A stretch of 64,000 nucleotides of DNA from Eledone cirrhosa (GCA_964016885.1 OZ024742.1:353834001-353898000), one strand, 5' to 3'; positions 12,556 to 26,685 are shown, counted from the stretch's first letter. Translations and numbers: made by a program. The notes: a model not told the origin generated them from the letters alone.

Positions 12556-15500
12556 CTATAATAACAGAACACATCCGCTTCTTAAAACGCTGTGTTTCCT
12601 TCAAAATATACACAGCAAACATATCAAAACACGTAAATAATTTATTATTGAACAAAACACAGGCTGAACGACTAAAACACACAATAATAGTTAATATGAA
12701 AAGAACAACATACACAAACATTAACGAACTTTTCTGACAGAAACGCATTAACGGTAAGGAAGTCCGAAATCTCACCACACCAAACGAGAGTGATGACTTT
12801 ATGAGCGTCATTCGATGTGAAACGAAATACGCCCGAAACAAATGCAATAGGCATTTCAATAAGAAATTATAATGGATGAATAAGAAAAAAAACTAGAAGA
12901 AAGAAAAATAGAATATTCACAAAAATACCCAGATAACATCAACAATATCCGTAAGACTGATGTAGAACTATCGGAAGAATTTACCAATGGCCACACAGTA
13001 AATATTTGTGGGAACACTTTAATCAGTGAACAAGAACAACACATCCTGCAGCTACCACCGAGATTTGCCATCTTCAAAAAGATTAACACTATCGAGTGCA
13101 AAACGGAGCTGGAAAAGTGTTTCACAAAAAATACGTTGGAATGCAAAAGTAAACAACAACAACAACTATACGGACAACAACAACAATAATAATAACGATA
13201 GTAGTAATAAAAACAATAACTCTGAGTATAGAAATAACAGCTATACTAGTAATAGTCATAACAATAACAATAGCAGGAGAGTGAAACTAGTAATAATGGT
13301 AATAATATTAACGATAGACAGAACAATAACAACAACCACAATAATAATAATAATAATAGAAACATTAATTACAGAGACAGCAGCAGCGACCACACTAGTA
13401 ATAACGGTAACAATACGAGTAATAACAACAACAAACATAGGGGTAATAATATAAATAATATATGTAGCAACATTAATGATAGACACAACAACAAAAGCAA
13501 GAAACATAATAAAAGTAACAACCACAATGGTAGAAATAACAGTAACAACAACAATAACGGTGGAAAAAACAACAACAATACATCTAACAATCACAGCAAC
13601 AACACATCTATCTATCATAACAATAATAATAATGCTAATGATAGGAACAACAACAACCACCATAATAACAATAATAGCAACACACAAAACTATGACGATA
13701 GATATAATGACAACCCCTTAGAGAAACTATTCTTCAGCCCAGCTGACAAAAAGTTATAAGATGGGTAAAATCTATCCTACGAGGTTACCCTTTAATAAAA
13801 TAGTTTGCATACGACAACAAATAGATGACGAGACAGAGGCACAGTTCACCCTAGCTAGAAATAAGATTAGACAAATAATAGACCGGTACACTAAGAGACA
13901 GAGCAGACCAGAGGTCCAACAACTTGGGAGGAAACCTGTAGATGGCTTGGTTAGCGTCAAGCAGCGCACAAGGGATGGTGAGGTAGTATGTCTACTCACG
14001 GATAAGCCTGGTAGTATGTCAATAGACAGCATGACGAATTACATCATGGCTATGCAACCCCACATCAGCAACACGAGCGACATTGCACATTAAATACATG
14101 ATGGGAGAGAGGAAATCCTCAACGCTCACATGATGATGTGGACCGACATCCTAAAGCCAAGCAGACGCACTGCAAATAACTTCCTGGCGTCTAACAATGG
14201 CATACCACATTTGTATGGGCTCTGCAAAGACCACAAGACAGTCGACGACCCGACAACAGGACCACCAACAAGACCTGTATGCGGAGCAAATATAGCTAGC
14301 AACTACAGGATCTCCTACTTCCTCTCAATGGTTATACGCCTCATAATCAAGATGTCTCCAGATGTATGTGACAGTAGACGGGACCTACTCAGCAGAATCA
14401 CTGAGTGCAACAAAAACAGGAACCGATCCAACTGCATAATAGGCAGTATGGATGTTGTATCAATGTACCCATCCATTAACGTTGATTTTGTTGTGGAAAA
14501 TGTGTGGAGAGAACATTGAGAGTGAGGTGGAGTTCTGCGACGTCGACACAGATGAACTGGGCCTCCTACTTAAACTTACCTACGACATTTACTACCTAGA
14601 CAGCCATGACGTTAGACGTTTCCGCCCCAGTAGACCCATAAGAGGTAGACTCCCACACCACCACAACCATAACCTCAATGGCAAAAAAGACTCCCATGGG
14701 AAGGTGGATTGGGTGGACCAAAGCTATACGGACCCCACAAAACAATGATCAGGTAAGAAAAATGGTCGCACATGCAATAGGGGCTAGTATCAAAACTACC
14801 CTAAAGGGCCACATATTGATGTTCAACGAGAAGATCTACACCCAAAACGAGGGAGCAGCCATTGGCGTCAGCATACCTGGTGATGTTGCCAAGCTTTTTA
14901 TGGTCTGGTGGGAAAGGTGACTCAAAGATCTCCTTGATGAGAGCTCCATAGACCTCAACATGTACTCTCGTTACGTAGACGACATCAATATAGTAATAAG
15001 GACATCCCCACAAGAGAGCACTAACAAGTGTGATTTAGAACGTAGCACAATGGAAAGCATCCAGCAGATAGCTAATTCCATACACCTGAGTAAAACTTTA
15101 ACTATAGACTACCCTTCCAAACACCCTAACAATAGACTATCTGTATTAGACACGGAACTCTGGTTTAAGACTATAGACGAGAGAGCCCAAATTCTCCACT
15201 CACACTATACTAAAATCATGGCCCCCAAATACCTGATACTCAAAAACTCAGCAATGTCCAGTAGTGCTAAGTTTAATATTCAGATCGCAGACTTGGTACG
15301 AGTGATGAAGAACGTGTCCCGCATATGCGACCCAACAGAAATGGAAAGACACATCCAACACTTCATCAACCGCATGCAGTTCTCTGGCTACAACCAAAGA
15401 GACATAATCAGATTATACGAAGGAGCCACAGAGAAGTATAAGACTCTCATAGAATAGGACATGAAAGAAATTTACCCATTATACAGGAGCAAATCATGGA

Positions 15501-16386
15501 ATATCTTAGATAGGACTAAACATAAGATAGGGAAAGCCGCCTCATGGTACATAAACCAGAGATACCAGAGTGTACATTTTGTGGACGCTACCCCTGGAGG
15601 GAAATTCGTTAACTAGTATAGAAAGGCCCCGAGAAAGACCCACTTAAAGCTTAAGGTGGTAGCATAGCCAGGAACCACCATAAAATCCCTGATCAGCAAA
15701 ACCTACCCTTTTAAGAAAACCCACTGTACTAATAGGAAATGTATCATATGTAAAGTAAACCCCCGGATGAACTGTAAAACCAGAAACGTAGTCTATAGCA
15801 TACGATGTACAGAGGGTACTTGCAGAAACATGACAACAAATTACATAGGCGAGAAAGCTCGTAGCATAGGTGACAGGATAGACAAACACCGGGGGGAACT
15901 AAAAGGACGAAAAAACGGTTCAGTACTATAGGAACGTGTCAGACAACACAACGGTCACATAGACAACATAGAAGTTGGAATAATATCTAAACATAGAAAT
16001 GGCCCAGCAGATAGGAAAATCAGAGAGGGCGGCGAAATTGAACTTAGAAGGCCAAGGCTAAACAGAAAAAAATGAATGGAATACAACAACACCCAAACAA
16101 AGAACATTGAGCTAAGAGAAGTATAAATACATAAATAAATAAATAAATAAATAAATACACAAGCACAATAACAACAAACACATATAAACACACATTAGTA
16201 AACTAAGATATAATACAATAACCAATACACAGTCACCCAAACACGAACACACATCAAACAAAACATTATACACAGACGCAAACGCATACGCAGAGAAGAC
16301 AAAAACATCAAAAAATAAATAAATAAATAAACAGACTAAATAAAAATGGCGTAGGCATACAATACTACGGGAGGAAACATAATAGC

Positions 16387-16428
16387 ACCACTGACAATGT
16401 TGCAGATGTGCAACGAAAGAACTTTGTT
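16387..16428 (+). ncRNA. Hammerhead motif, family B (degenerate)
   Basis: CTGACAA-T-GTTGCA-GATG-TGCAAC-GAAA-GAACTTTG. Confidence 0.55.
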
Positions 16429-16751
16429 AGACTATATATGTGTTTGTGTCTATATTGTATCTGTATTTTTGACTGTTGGTCAGTCAATTGTAACATTGAG
16501 GACCGAATAACTTAAATTAACCGATATAAAAGACACAGAAGCGAAAACCAACCAAAGAGTGAGTGTGTTCCAATATTAATTCTGGCAATATTATTACACA
16601 TGCGCAAAGAAGACAAAATAAAATAAACAAAATAAAACAAAATAAAATACAGAAGACAAAATAAAATAAACAAACAAACAAATAAATAAATATATAGACA
16701 TACTAAATACAAATGGCGTAGACATACAATGTAACGGGAGGAAACAATAGC

Positions 16752-16793
16752 ACCACTGACGATGTTGCAGATGTGCAACGAAATGACTTTGAT
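16752..16793 (+). ncRNA. Hammerhead motif, family B
   Basis: CTGACGA-T-GTTGCA-GATG-TGCAAC-GAAA with a perfect 6-bp stem II. Third copy at 41231-41272. Confidence 0.65.
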
Positions 16794-17011
16794 AAACTAT
16801 ATATATGTGTTTGTGTCTATATTGTATCTGTATTATTTTTGACCGTCGGTCAGTCAATGGCAACATTGAGGACCGAATAAATTAGATTACCGATATAAAA
16901 GACACAGAAGCGAAAAGGGAAAACCAACGTATATATATATAGATATATAGATATATATATAGCCGAAACCGCTTCAGCTCAGCCGTCGGGGTTAAACATG
17001 TTCATATATAT

Positions 17012-17062
<51 letters not shown>

Positions 17063-18339
17063 TAGAGAGAGAGAGAAAGAGACAGAGAATGAATCAGAGA
17101 AAGAGAAAGGTAGAGATAGAGAGAGAGAGAAGGGGGAGAGAAAAAGAGAGAGAGAGAGAGAGATATTAAATGTCTGCTTTGCCGAGTCCAGCGAGTGCAC
17201 AAATCAAATCAGCTCGCACGCCATGGGAAGAGGTATAATGTGTAAAATGTAGGTAAAGCCCACAACCTGAGGTCAAGCGTGTGTATGAGCATGTGTCTGT
17301 GTATCTTTGTATGTGCGTGGATGTTAGGAAATGTCTTTCTAAGGGCTTATACGAAACTCCAACACTTTTAAATGTTTCTTTATTCAATTTCTTGAAATCT
17401 GATTCTTACTCAAAAAATATTTATAGACACTGGAAATGTGCGTCTTATAACATTGTGATACTTATCTTATTATTGCGACACACACTAACAGTTAGTTATC
17501 ATTTTAGTTCAATTCTGCCTAAAGCTGTAGAATATATTTTTTTCAGAATGTATCCTAAAATAGCAATGGATCTTATTTTGTTTAGCTCCGAACATCACAT
17601 AATAATGTCATTTGTTTTGTTTTTTCTAAATTTAATGTCTTTATTCTTGTAATTTTAAACCGATTTTGTTAAGTGATTTGGCAAGTTAATTCCTACAGCA
17701 ATGTAACTAAATACACAATTCGCGTAGTAGACTTAAATATCCAATTAAACGTATTAAATAGGCTTTGTTTATGGAACATTGGTTTCTGGAATTAAATTAT
17801 ACTATTTACAGCTGAATTCTATAGAACATAGTGCTGATTCCTATTATATAATTTAGTATGAATGATTCTATTTGAAACAAATTTTCACATAACCTCTATA
17901 AATAACATAATACTTTCTTGTCAGTCAGAGCACAAAAGATATTTAACAAATCTCATCCAACTCACACCACCCGAAAAACATTTACGTCTAAAATCTGTTT
18001 ACAGTATAGTTTTCTTTTACGTCATATTGAAATTGTTGGTATGATGATTAAGATAGCCATAGAAATAACAATTGAATATAATGTCTCACGGAATTCATAT
18101 GAAATAAAACAAGAAACATACATGAATAGAAGTGAATTGAATTATAATTTCAACTGTTTATGATGTTGAAATGATTTTGATTCATCGGCATCAAAAGATT
18201 TGAGGATTTTTCAGAAGTGCTGCACTAGCGTTTACACGCAAAAGCTAAAATATACACATATATGAAATAATGCATTACTGGAATTATAATAAGGCTGTTA
18301 TTCTTGCTGAGTTCTTTTATATATATATATATATATATA

Positions 18340-18870
18340 TCTTCCTCAAATTTCACTCACTCATACCCTGTCACTACCTCTCCTCCACTCCTCTTTCTTC
18401 CCGCTTGACCAGTCTGATTTCTTTTCTCGCGCACTCTTGGCCAAGCCGGTATGAATTTTTTTTCTCTCTCTCTCTCGTCTGCGTCTTCACAGAACTTATG
18501 TTTACCGAATTCGCAGACCAGACCCCTTCTTCTTCCTCCCGTTAGACCTGTGCGAAATTCCTTCCTTGCTCACATTTCAACCAGGTCTGATGGTCTTTAT
18601 TCTCTAGTTCACGATTTTATCGAGTTTATATTCATAGAAATCTGGGACTTGTCTCTTTCTTCTCACTTTCTGTTGCTTAAACCATTTTGTTTGTTCACCC
18701 TAACGTTCTCTTTATTTACGTGTCCCAACGACTTTTTTTAGCCGTTGTTCGCACCAACCTGAGGTATATGGCCCTTAAAGCGATGAAATGCCTAGGACGG
18801 TTGGAGGGTCACTGATGAAGGACTCACTTTTTTATATGTAACCCATTTGCAACGCCGCAGCTCCATTATT
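18340..18870 (+). mobile_element. Non-coding repeat family K (solo unit) with permuted hammerhead-like motif
   Basis: Collinear with 28938-29985, bounded by (TA)n, no credible ORF. Confidence 0.75.
18754..18830 (+). ncRNA. Candidate pseudoknotted, k-turn-closed hammerhead, copy 1
   Basis: CCAACC-T-GA-GGTA-TA-TGGCCCT-TAAAGCGAT-GAAA-TGCC-TAG-GA-C-GGTTGG-AGGGTCA-CTGATGA. Confidence 0.6.
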
Positions 18871-18903
<33 letters not shown>

Positions 18904-18905
<2 letters not shown>

Positions 18906-18935
18906 TAGCATGAAGGCCCAGCCGTTGTTCGGGGT
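18904..18935 (-). mobile_element. Probable Helitron 3' terminus
   Basis: Minus strand CCCGAACAACGGCTGGG imperfect hairpin, short spacer, then CTAG followed by T. Confidence 0.45.
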
Positions 18936-19499
18936 CAGTAAGTTACCAAAGCTAGATTGCGCCACCCATTTTATGGCAGTACTTGTATGTCTGCCAGGCA
19001 CTGGGTGAATGAATTGCAGACTTGGACTGCCGAAGCAGGAGCTGCGCCAGCAGCGACAATTGTAGTTTCGCCTATGGATATTATCGCTGTACAAAGAAGT
19101 GTTGAAATTTATTGTTTCACAGTACTTTCGCAACACGCGCGTAGACGATGCCGGCCGAACAACAGAGCTGCGATGGAGTTGTTCTGCATGGTTGTCTAAG
19201 GTTTTTTTCTAAATCTAAGACAGTAGGGACGGGTGTGATATGGGGGAGAGTTAGCTGCTGTTTTTGTAGCTTTAGTGACCTCAAAGAGGCTATTATTGTG
19301 TATGGTAATTAAACTGATACTTCTTTCTTCCACGTTTGTTGAGAGATGTTTAAAAAAGTTTTATCGCTATTTTTTTTTTGTTGTTGAACAAATTTATCTG
19401 TTGCTTTTGAATAATTGTTGTTTGGTATGAAATGTAATAAGTTCTCTTCGTTGTCATTGAAGTAAATACATGTTTGACCGTTCCACACTCAAAAACAAA

Positions 19500-19502
<3 letters not shown>

Positions 19503-19588
<86 letters not shown>

Positions 19589-19670
19589 TCTCTCTCTCTA
19601 TCTCTCACTCTCTTCTCTATCTCTCTCTCTCTATCTCTCTCTCTCGCTCTTCTTCATTTCTTTCTCTCTT
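19503..19670 (+). repeat. (CT)n microsatellite
   Basis: Direct inspection. Confidence 0.95.
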
Positions 19671-19843
19671 CTTTCATCGGAGTTGCTAAAAGAAATTTGT
19701 AAGAAGGGGTTTAAGCGTATATAAGAGAAATGTACAGCATGTATGTAGTTTTACCGAATTTTAAGGGGAGTAGAGAGAGGAATTAGATTGTATTAGAGGG
19801 GTAAAGCGTCATGTATTTAGTGTTATCAATAACTTGTTATCCC

Positions 19844-19929
<86 letters not shown>

Positions 19930-19930
<1 letters not shown>

Positions 19931-21190
19931 GGATAAAACGAACAACCTATATGGGATTGAAAAAGTAAAATATAATAATTTAATTTTAAAAGACCTGAGA
20001 AAAAAACTATAAAAAGGCCTCAAGCGAGGATTTATCGGACATAAATAAGGAACCATATAAAAGTATCGCCAACCTAGGAAACGAGCATAAAACAGAACCT
20101 TTCATACCAAAAACAGCCGAAGATTAATATGAAAGACCTTACAACACTTTGAGGAAGATTTACCACTAAGTCTCGTATCACCTTCTAAATCTGATCTAGG
20201 AATCATTAACAAGAATATAATATATAGGATTATACCAACACTTAAATTGAAATCACAACTAAATCTATGGAAAGGTACAACGGAAGTTATCAATTTGTTC
20301 ATAAATATTAAACATAAAAATAATTATAAGTTTATTCAAATGGATATCGCCAGTTATTATTCCTCGATAACTCCCAATCTATTAAATAAGGCGCTATCAT
20401 ATGCATACAAACACACAGACCTATCTAGTGAGGAGATACATATTAAAGTGAATTTTGAATTAATTTAGATAATAAATGAACAAAATATATTATATATATT
20501 GATGGGGATATATGCATTTTAATATATTTTAATAGATATTTAATAGTTATTTAATCAGGCATTGAAGATAAATTATTTTAATTGTGTAGTATAACATTAA
20601 TATAATATATTACCTTATAATAAAACATTGTCATCATCTACAATGAGCTAAATTAAATTAAATTAATTTAGGCATATAAATTTGTAATTAACTTAAATAT
20701 TGGATTGTTATAGAAATTAATATATGCCTAATAATCAGGATATAATATAAACTTATAATTAACTAAAGCTAATCCTATACAAGCGGTATTCACTGATAAA
20801 TATTATGGAAAATTTTGAATTTTGAATTTTGAATTTTGTCTAGCAATTGAATACAAAGGGTTTTTATTCTCCCATTTATTTTATCATTTCCTTTTCCTTT
20901 TCTTCTTTTATTTATTTCCCTTCTTTTTTCTTCACATCTTCCCTTTCAACTCCCCTTATATATTTCTACCTTGCTTTACGTCCTCTTCTTCTCTAAGTTT
21001 ATCATACTATTTGCGGTATAAAAATATTGAGGGTTGGTGAAATAAATTACTTCCACTACAGGAATTGAATAATAAAAACCTTAGCGTTATGTTGCATATC
21101 CAATCTCTCATAACGTTGAAACAACATTGTACCTTTGAAATATGTATAATAACATATATATTTTGGTTATGAGAATAGTTTTCATTTATT
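19930..21190 (+). mobile_element. Internally deleted PLE fragment (RT N-terminal part + AT-rich 3' region)
   Basis: PSKSDLG...LWKGTTEVI...FIQMDIASYYSSI (RT motif A). The 3' end keeps GAAATATGTATAAT, as in the family E ribozyme 3' half. Confidence 0.75.
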
Positions 21191-21254
21191 AATATTTTGA
21201 ATAATATATATATATATATATATATATGATATATGTGATATATATTTATGCTTA

Positions 21255-21545
21255 TTGAGCCCTCTTTGGATTTTAGTCTTCACTTTTATTATTATTACTC
21301 TTTGGCTCCCTTGGTTGAGCACTCTATTGACTTATATTCATCATGCAGAAATAACAATTGAATAGTTCTACTATGAAACATACCCGTACCTAGCAGGAAG
21401 ACATATCATCTACCTGTTTTCCTTCGGTTGCAACGTTTTTCGAAATATTTACTTCTGTGTTCACAGAATGATTTTTTTTAGTTTCAGATGATCCAGTTAA
21501 GGATGAAAGCAGTGATTCTTTGCTTAAACTTTAATCTGTCATTAT
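21255..21545 (+). mobile_element. PLE family F fragment with A4-variant hammerhead (21480-21530)
   Basis: GAGCCCTCTTTGGATTTTAGTC tail and AGTTT-CAGATGA-TCC...GGAT-GAAA-GCA...TGC-TT-AAACT match the 43969 and 49060 copies. Confidence 0.75.
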
Positions 21546-22689
21546 AATATATATATAATGTGACGGTATATAAAAGTTCGTTGAAGTAAATGAAGAATGA
21601 ATGTTTGAATAAGATAACTGCTTACCAGAGAGTTTGACTGGATGGTATCATTTTACTCGTTTAACATAATTATCGAAGCAGGAGCAATATGGTATATATT
21701 TCCAGGAGAGATGACAGAGTATATAATATAAGCAATTACAGCATCAAGAAAAATGTATAATTCGACGAGTGAAACAATTTATTGATGTGTTTCCGTGTCT
21801 ATTATTATATGCTGACTATTATATATATTGTTCAATCATATCCAATAATTAATTAATTATCACAAGTCTTCAGAAAGAATAAAGTTATGTGTGGTAGAGT
21901 CTTTCCAGCATGCCGTAGAATTCAGGAAGGAAATTTTCACTTTAAAAATGTTATTTCCTTTTACGAAAATATAATAGTTCGAGATTAAATAGAATGAAAA
22001 TAAAATAAGATAAAATAGAGTAAGTTAGTGTGATATGTAGAGAGAATTAGGAAGAGATGGGATGGACGTAAAGTGTTACGCGTTTTCATTTTGTGCACTG
22101 ACCTTTCATAGGGGTGAAGGTTCCAGTGCTCGCCATATATGGTCAATAGTGTATAGTAGAGAAGGGGGAAAGATAGATAAGTAAATGTTGAACGTTAATA
22201 ATAGTGTACAATGAAAAAGGTGGTGAAGGAATTAAGAATGTTTTAAAAGCTACTGGACTCTTTGGCTACAGTTTGAGGTGTTCGAATGCCATAGGCTAAA
22301 TGTGATGCATAGCATGTAGTACATTGTAGGTAGTAGAAATCGAATCTTCTTCTAATCTAGGTTGCATTTAGCAAAGGATTAAGTAATCAAGTTTAATATA
22401 TAAATGGCTTCTACAGGACTAAAACTGTTTCATTCAAAAGATAGCATCAGCGCTTTCCAGGTGAATGAGACAGTTCTAGCAATGTCTATATTAAACTAAA
22501 TATTTACAATATACTAATGTATTGAATTACTTACTAATTATGGTCAATCCCGATTGATCATGGGACTCACACACCCACACTTACACACACATACGCACAC
22601 ACTCACACATTCACACACAGATATGTATGTATTCATATACACCACCAATCCCCCGGAATAAATTATCACGTATCCTTCGTCTAAGTGAC

Positions 22690-22873
22690 ATTGGCAGTAT
22701 CGGTAGAAGGTCGGACGCCATGCTTTCCAGCATAGTTACGTCCCTTTACCATGTGAGTTCAAATCCCGCCGAGGTTGCCTTTGCCTTTCACCCTTACGGG
22801 GTCGATAAAATAAAGTACCAGTAATATACTGGATTATTGCTGGCCTTGTGCCTAACGTAGAAACAATTATATT
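22690..22873 (+). mobile_element. SINE S2
   Basis: Near-identical to 37973-38151. Confidence 0.85.
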
Positions 22874-22891
22874 CATATAGATATTTCTGTA

Positions 22892-23080
22892 ATAATTGTT
22901 TCTAGTTTTGGCAGAAGGCCAGCAATCATCTCAATGTATTACTGGCATTTTATTACATCGACCCTGTAACAATGGAAGGCAAAGTTAACCTCGACGGGAT
23001 TTTAACTGAGACCGTAAAGGGACGTAACTATGCTGACAAGCCTGCGTTCGGTCCTCTATCGATACTGCCAATCCTCCGTC
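22892..23080 (-). mobile_element. SINE S2, tail-to-tail with the previous copy
   Basis: Reverse complement of the S2 consensus (TTGGCAGTATCG...GCCTTCCATTG...CAAAACTAGAAACAATTAT). Confidence 0.8.
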
Positions 23081-23117
23081 CTATGTAATAATGGTTGATA
23101 GTTTAGTGTTTTGTTGA

Positions 23118-23571
23118 TACATATATGTATGTACGTGTACATACTTATATATAAGAAACAGCCGTACTAAGATTGGGAAATGAAATTTCGTTTGATTTTT
23201 TCCGTTTATCGTTTTCGGTGCACCCGGCCGATTAACCCACTCGATATGCAAATTGGGCTTCTCAGCCGTTAATATGCATAAGGTAAGTATATACGTTCAA
23301 CAATCTGGCAGGAAGATATACGTTGCTGACGATAGCTAATAAGCTTGAAACTAGTACAGCGTTCCTTTGTCAGTGTTGAACAAACGAGTAACGATGGTTG
23401 CTAGACACCACGGCTTAATACGGGATGTTTGTTTACAAACACACCGACCATTATAATAAATGTTCGGTGAATCCATACGTACATATATATGTGTGTGCAT
23501 ATATATATATATGTATATACATACTACAGTACGTCTGAATACATATATGTATGTACGTGTACATACTTATA
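23118..23571 (+). mobile_element. ORF-less hammerhead repeat family R (retrozyme-like), about 1.07 units
   Basis: Terminal direct repeat ATATGTATGTACGTGTACATACTTATA about 422 bp apart. HHR at 23321-23361. Homologous to 41537-42564. Confidence 0.75.
23321..23361 (+). ncRNA. Minimal type I hammerhead ribozyme, family R
   Basis: CGTTG-CTGACGA-T-AGCT-AATA-AGCT-T-GAAA-CTAG-TA-CAGCG. Palindromic stem III. Confidence 0.85.
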
Positions 23572-23821
23572 ATTATAAAATAATTCATTTAATATTCTTC
23601 GTACAATAACCTATTATTTTGCGTGTGTGTTTACTACTCTTAAATTTCCCCGAAATTTCAACAACTTATATTTAACATTCCTCCACCCATGTCGTATCAC
23701 AGACAGAATCAGTAGTTGATTGGATTGACACATTTGTTGGCAGACCCTCCTCCCTGTCACACACACACACACACAGTCTCTCCCACTTTCTCTCTCTCTC
23801 TCTCTCTCTCAATATATATAT

Positions 23822-23911
<90 letters not shown>

Positions 23912-23957
23912 CGAAAGAGAGAGAGAGAGCGAGAGAGAGCGAGATAGAGAGAGAGAT

Positions 23958-24035
<78 letters not shown>

Positions 24036-24237
24036 AGAATCAAAGCTATGTTCAAAGCATTTATTCACTTACAATTGTTTCATCCAAATCTAGGCTTCGA
24101 GTCTTCGGAGTATTTTTCAATGTTTGTACACACAATTGACCTCCTTTCCAAGGCCAGAGACATACAGATAGATATATATATACAGATGTACAGTGGAGTG
24201 ACATATATCATACTATACTATTTTTGTACAGCAATTC

Positions 24238-24330
24238 AAATTCAAAATCAAAATCAAAATCAAAATCAAAATCAAAATCAAAATCAAAATCAAAATCAGA
24301 ATTAAAATAAAATAAAAATCAAAATTAAAA
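24238..24330 (+). repeat. (CAAAAT)n hexamer repeat
   Basis: Direct inspection. Confidence 0.9.
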
Positions 24331-24639
24331 TACATTCGGCAGATAACACAGATAATGCAAGAGGATAGTTTGATAGTCAGATCTAGATGGCATTGTATGC
24401 GTTAGTTACCCATGGAGCATGAAATTGTGTCTCATTTTTATACTATTATTGTGTTGCAAGGTGTTTCACGTAATGCATGCACTTTAAGCGGGTAAGCAAT
24501 ATTATTATGGTGGTTGTAGTGTTAAGGTATTTGTTGTATAGAACAAAAAAGTATGTGTGCAGAAAAATAAAAAGAAAAAGAAGAAGCAAAAGAAAGTTAT
24601 GGTTTTCGTATCTACCACCATTTTCACATTCAGATATAG

Positions 24640-26450
24640 TAAGACATGTTTCTACATCCATCACATAAGTAACGATGATTCCGTATTGAATGTTTGATGC
24701 ATTAAAATAAATTATTTTAGCGTATTGAGGCTCAGTGTTATTTAATCCAAGTTTATAGAATAGGTTGATTCTGCTGCGAGAATTTACAGCTGTTTATTAC
24801 CCGGAAGTATGTGTGTAATTAAGGGCAGTTAATGCGTAAGAGGAGGTAACTAGCTGAATCTCATAACTAAATTCATTGTTGTAACATACATTATAAGGCG
24901 CCTCATTTGAGTCCCTTATAAAGACGTTTATACATTTATATCTAGTTTCCAATTTTAAATACAGTCTACTCTATCATGATGTACTAAAGGTATCTATATT
25001 AAGTTGATTACTCCCTATTATATAGTGCTACAATTGAATATTCCATACAAAGTACCATACCTTTATATCAAAGTTCACTGTAAATGAAGTCTACTCTCAG
25101 AACATATCAGGGGACCTATTAGAATGTTGTCTACATAACCCCTGGCAAGTTATGGAGCAGCGTATGGCTGTTTGCATGGCAGAACAAAATACATCTCTAG
25201 GGCAGACAAATACATCCCTCATTTACAATGTCATTAATCTATCCATCAAGTTATACTTGCATATATAATTCATATATAATTCATACATACTTCATTGCAG
25301 TACCCTACATATAAGTTAGACATATCTCTTATGTTAATAAATCAATTTTATATATATCCAATCTTATCACCCCATACATTTACTTACAAATGCATAAATA
25401 ATTCATTGCCGTATCTAGTATTTAAAGTGTATATAGACTGTATTGTATCATTATATACTTATAGGTAATTGAAAGTAGTTATATTAAAAGTAGGTGTTTA
25501 TGGGGATATTTCCAGGGTATAGAGTTATAGATAGATGGAATGATTTGTGTCGAGATAGGGTGGTTCAGAGAGTGTGTAGTTGTGGTGTAAGGTGTGACCT
25601 TGAGGTGCGGTGTTAGACGTGGTGATGGGTTTAAGTCCGACATTGTTATATATTGGGTTTAAAGTTTTGGAAGGAGTGCCGGAAGCGGTGCTGGCACGAC
25701 GCAAACCCTTCCGATTTTTTATTAAGAAGGTTATGGTTTGAGAAGATTATAGTATGGGTCTCTAGTAGACAGAGGTTACACAATTTATGAGGTGGTTTGT
25801 ACGATGCTGCCTTACCTATCACTTCCCATTGAAGTGTATAAGATATATTTCTAGTTTTTAGATAGTGTATGTAGCTAGAGAGTGAAGTTGAGTTGGCTAG
25901 ACTGTGTTTTTTGAATGAATGGAGGTGTGAATTGTATCTGGTTTTGAAGCAGTTCGAAGTAGAGCCTATATATGTTTCAGAAGAGTTGCCAGTTCCGACG
26001 GTGCATGAGTATATGCTGTCCTTGATTAGGCAGTTTTTTATCTAAAGGGCAGGTTCTATTAGATCTACAGTTAAAATTATTTTGGATGTTAACCTGCCGG
26101 TTATTATGTTGAGTAGAAGTCTGTTTGCTAGGTATTGCACTATGGCTATGGGGGTATTCGCTCCTAGCGTTATTGCTTTCACTAGTGCTATTACTATTAT
26201 TACTATTGATATTAGGGTTTGCAGGTATTACGTTGTTTTGAAGGTTTACCCCCTGCTGTGTTTTAGTTTGTTGGAAGTAAGTATTAATTTTTTCTTTTAT
26301 TGCTACTACCTATGTGGTATGCTATGTTAGGCGTGGTAGAGTAGGAGATTTTAATGGTGTTTTTATTTATAAGACTATGGTACTTGTGGGCAGATGGGAA
26401 GTTTTTATCTTGGTGTGGGAAGAAAGCCTTGGGTAGGTTGGTAGAGACGT
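24640..26450 (-). mobile_element. 5'-truncated PLE (GIY-YIG + 3' UTR), decayed
   Basis: Minus strand NCRSNRTCPLDKNCLIKDSIYSCTV...TYIGSTSNCFKTRYNSH...STSLSSYI. The 3' boundary is approximate. Confidence 0.8.
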
Positions 26451-26451
26451 T

Positions 26452-26685
26452 CAGATTGGAAGGGGGGTTGAAATAGTTGGTGGTGCGAGTACGGAGTTAA
26501 TTATTATAAAATAGCAGGAGGCTGGACTGGTGTAATTCCTTAAAAGGCTTATTATATATATTATGATCATTTCAATGACCGGGTTCAGTATGAAGCCGGT
26601 GACATCATCGGGTGTTCGAAATATAACAAAGGAATATAGTAGAGAAAATCCATGGGGCTGAAAATCAAAGACATGTGGGCGTCTG
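26452..26685 (-). mobile_element. PLE family H pLTR with hammerhead (26557-26615)
   Basis: Minus strand CCGATGA-T-GTCACCGG...CCGGTCAT-T-GAAA-TGATCA-TA. Homologous to 39060-39455. Confidence 0.75.

Larger units (their letters stand above)
12550..16925 (+). mobile_element. Penelope-like retroelement B, near full length, decayed, tandem pLTR at 3' end
   Basis: N-terminal EHIRFLKRC, LYGLCKDHK...PTRPVCGAN, GSMDVVSMYPSI, YSRYVDD, Cys linker CTNRKCIIC, GIY-YIG. pLTR repeated at about 16290-16595 and 16600-16920. Confidence 0.93.

Noticed and set aside
21622-21660. Possible first coding exon on the minus strand (ATG...CTG|gtaagc)
   Set aside because: Too short, with no linked downstream exon or homology to support it.
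24635-24740. Hammerhead at the 3' end of the minus-strand PLE (GAAACATGTC)
   Set aside because: Only the 3' half is visible and no CTGANGA with matching stem I was found. The same applies to GAAATATGTATA at about 21137.
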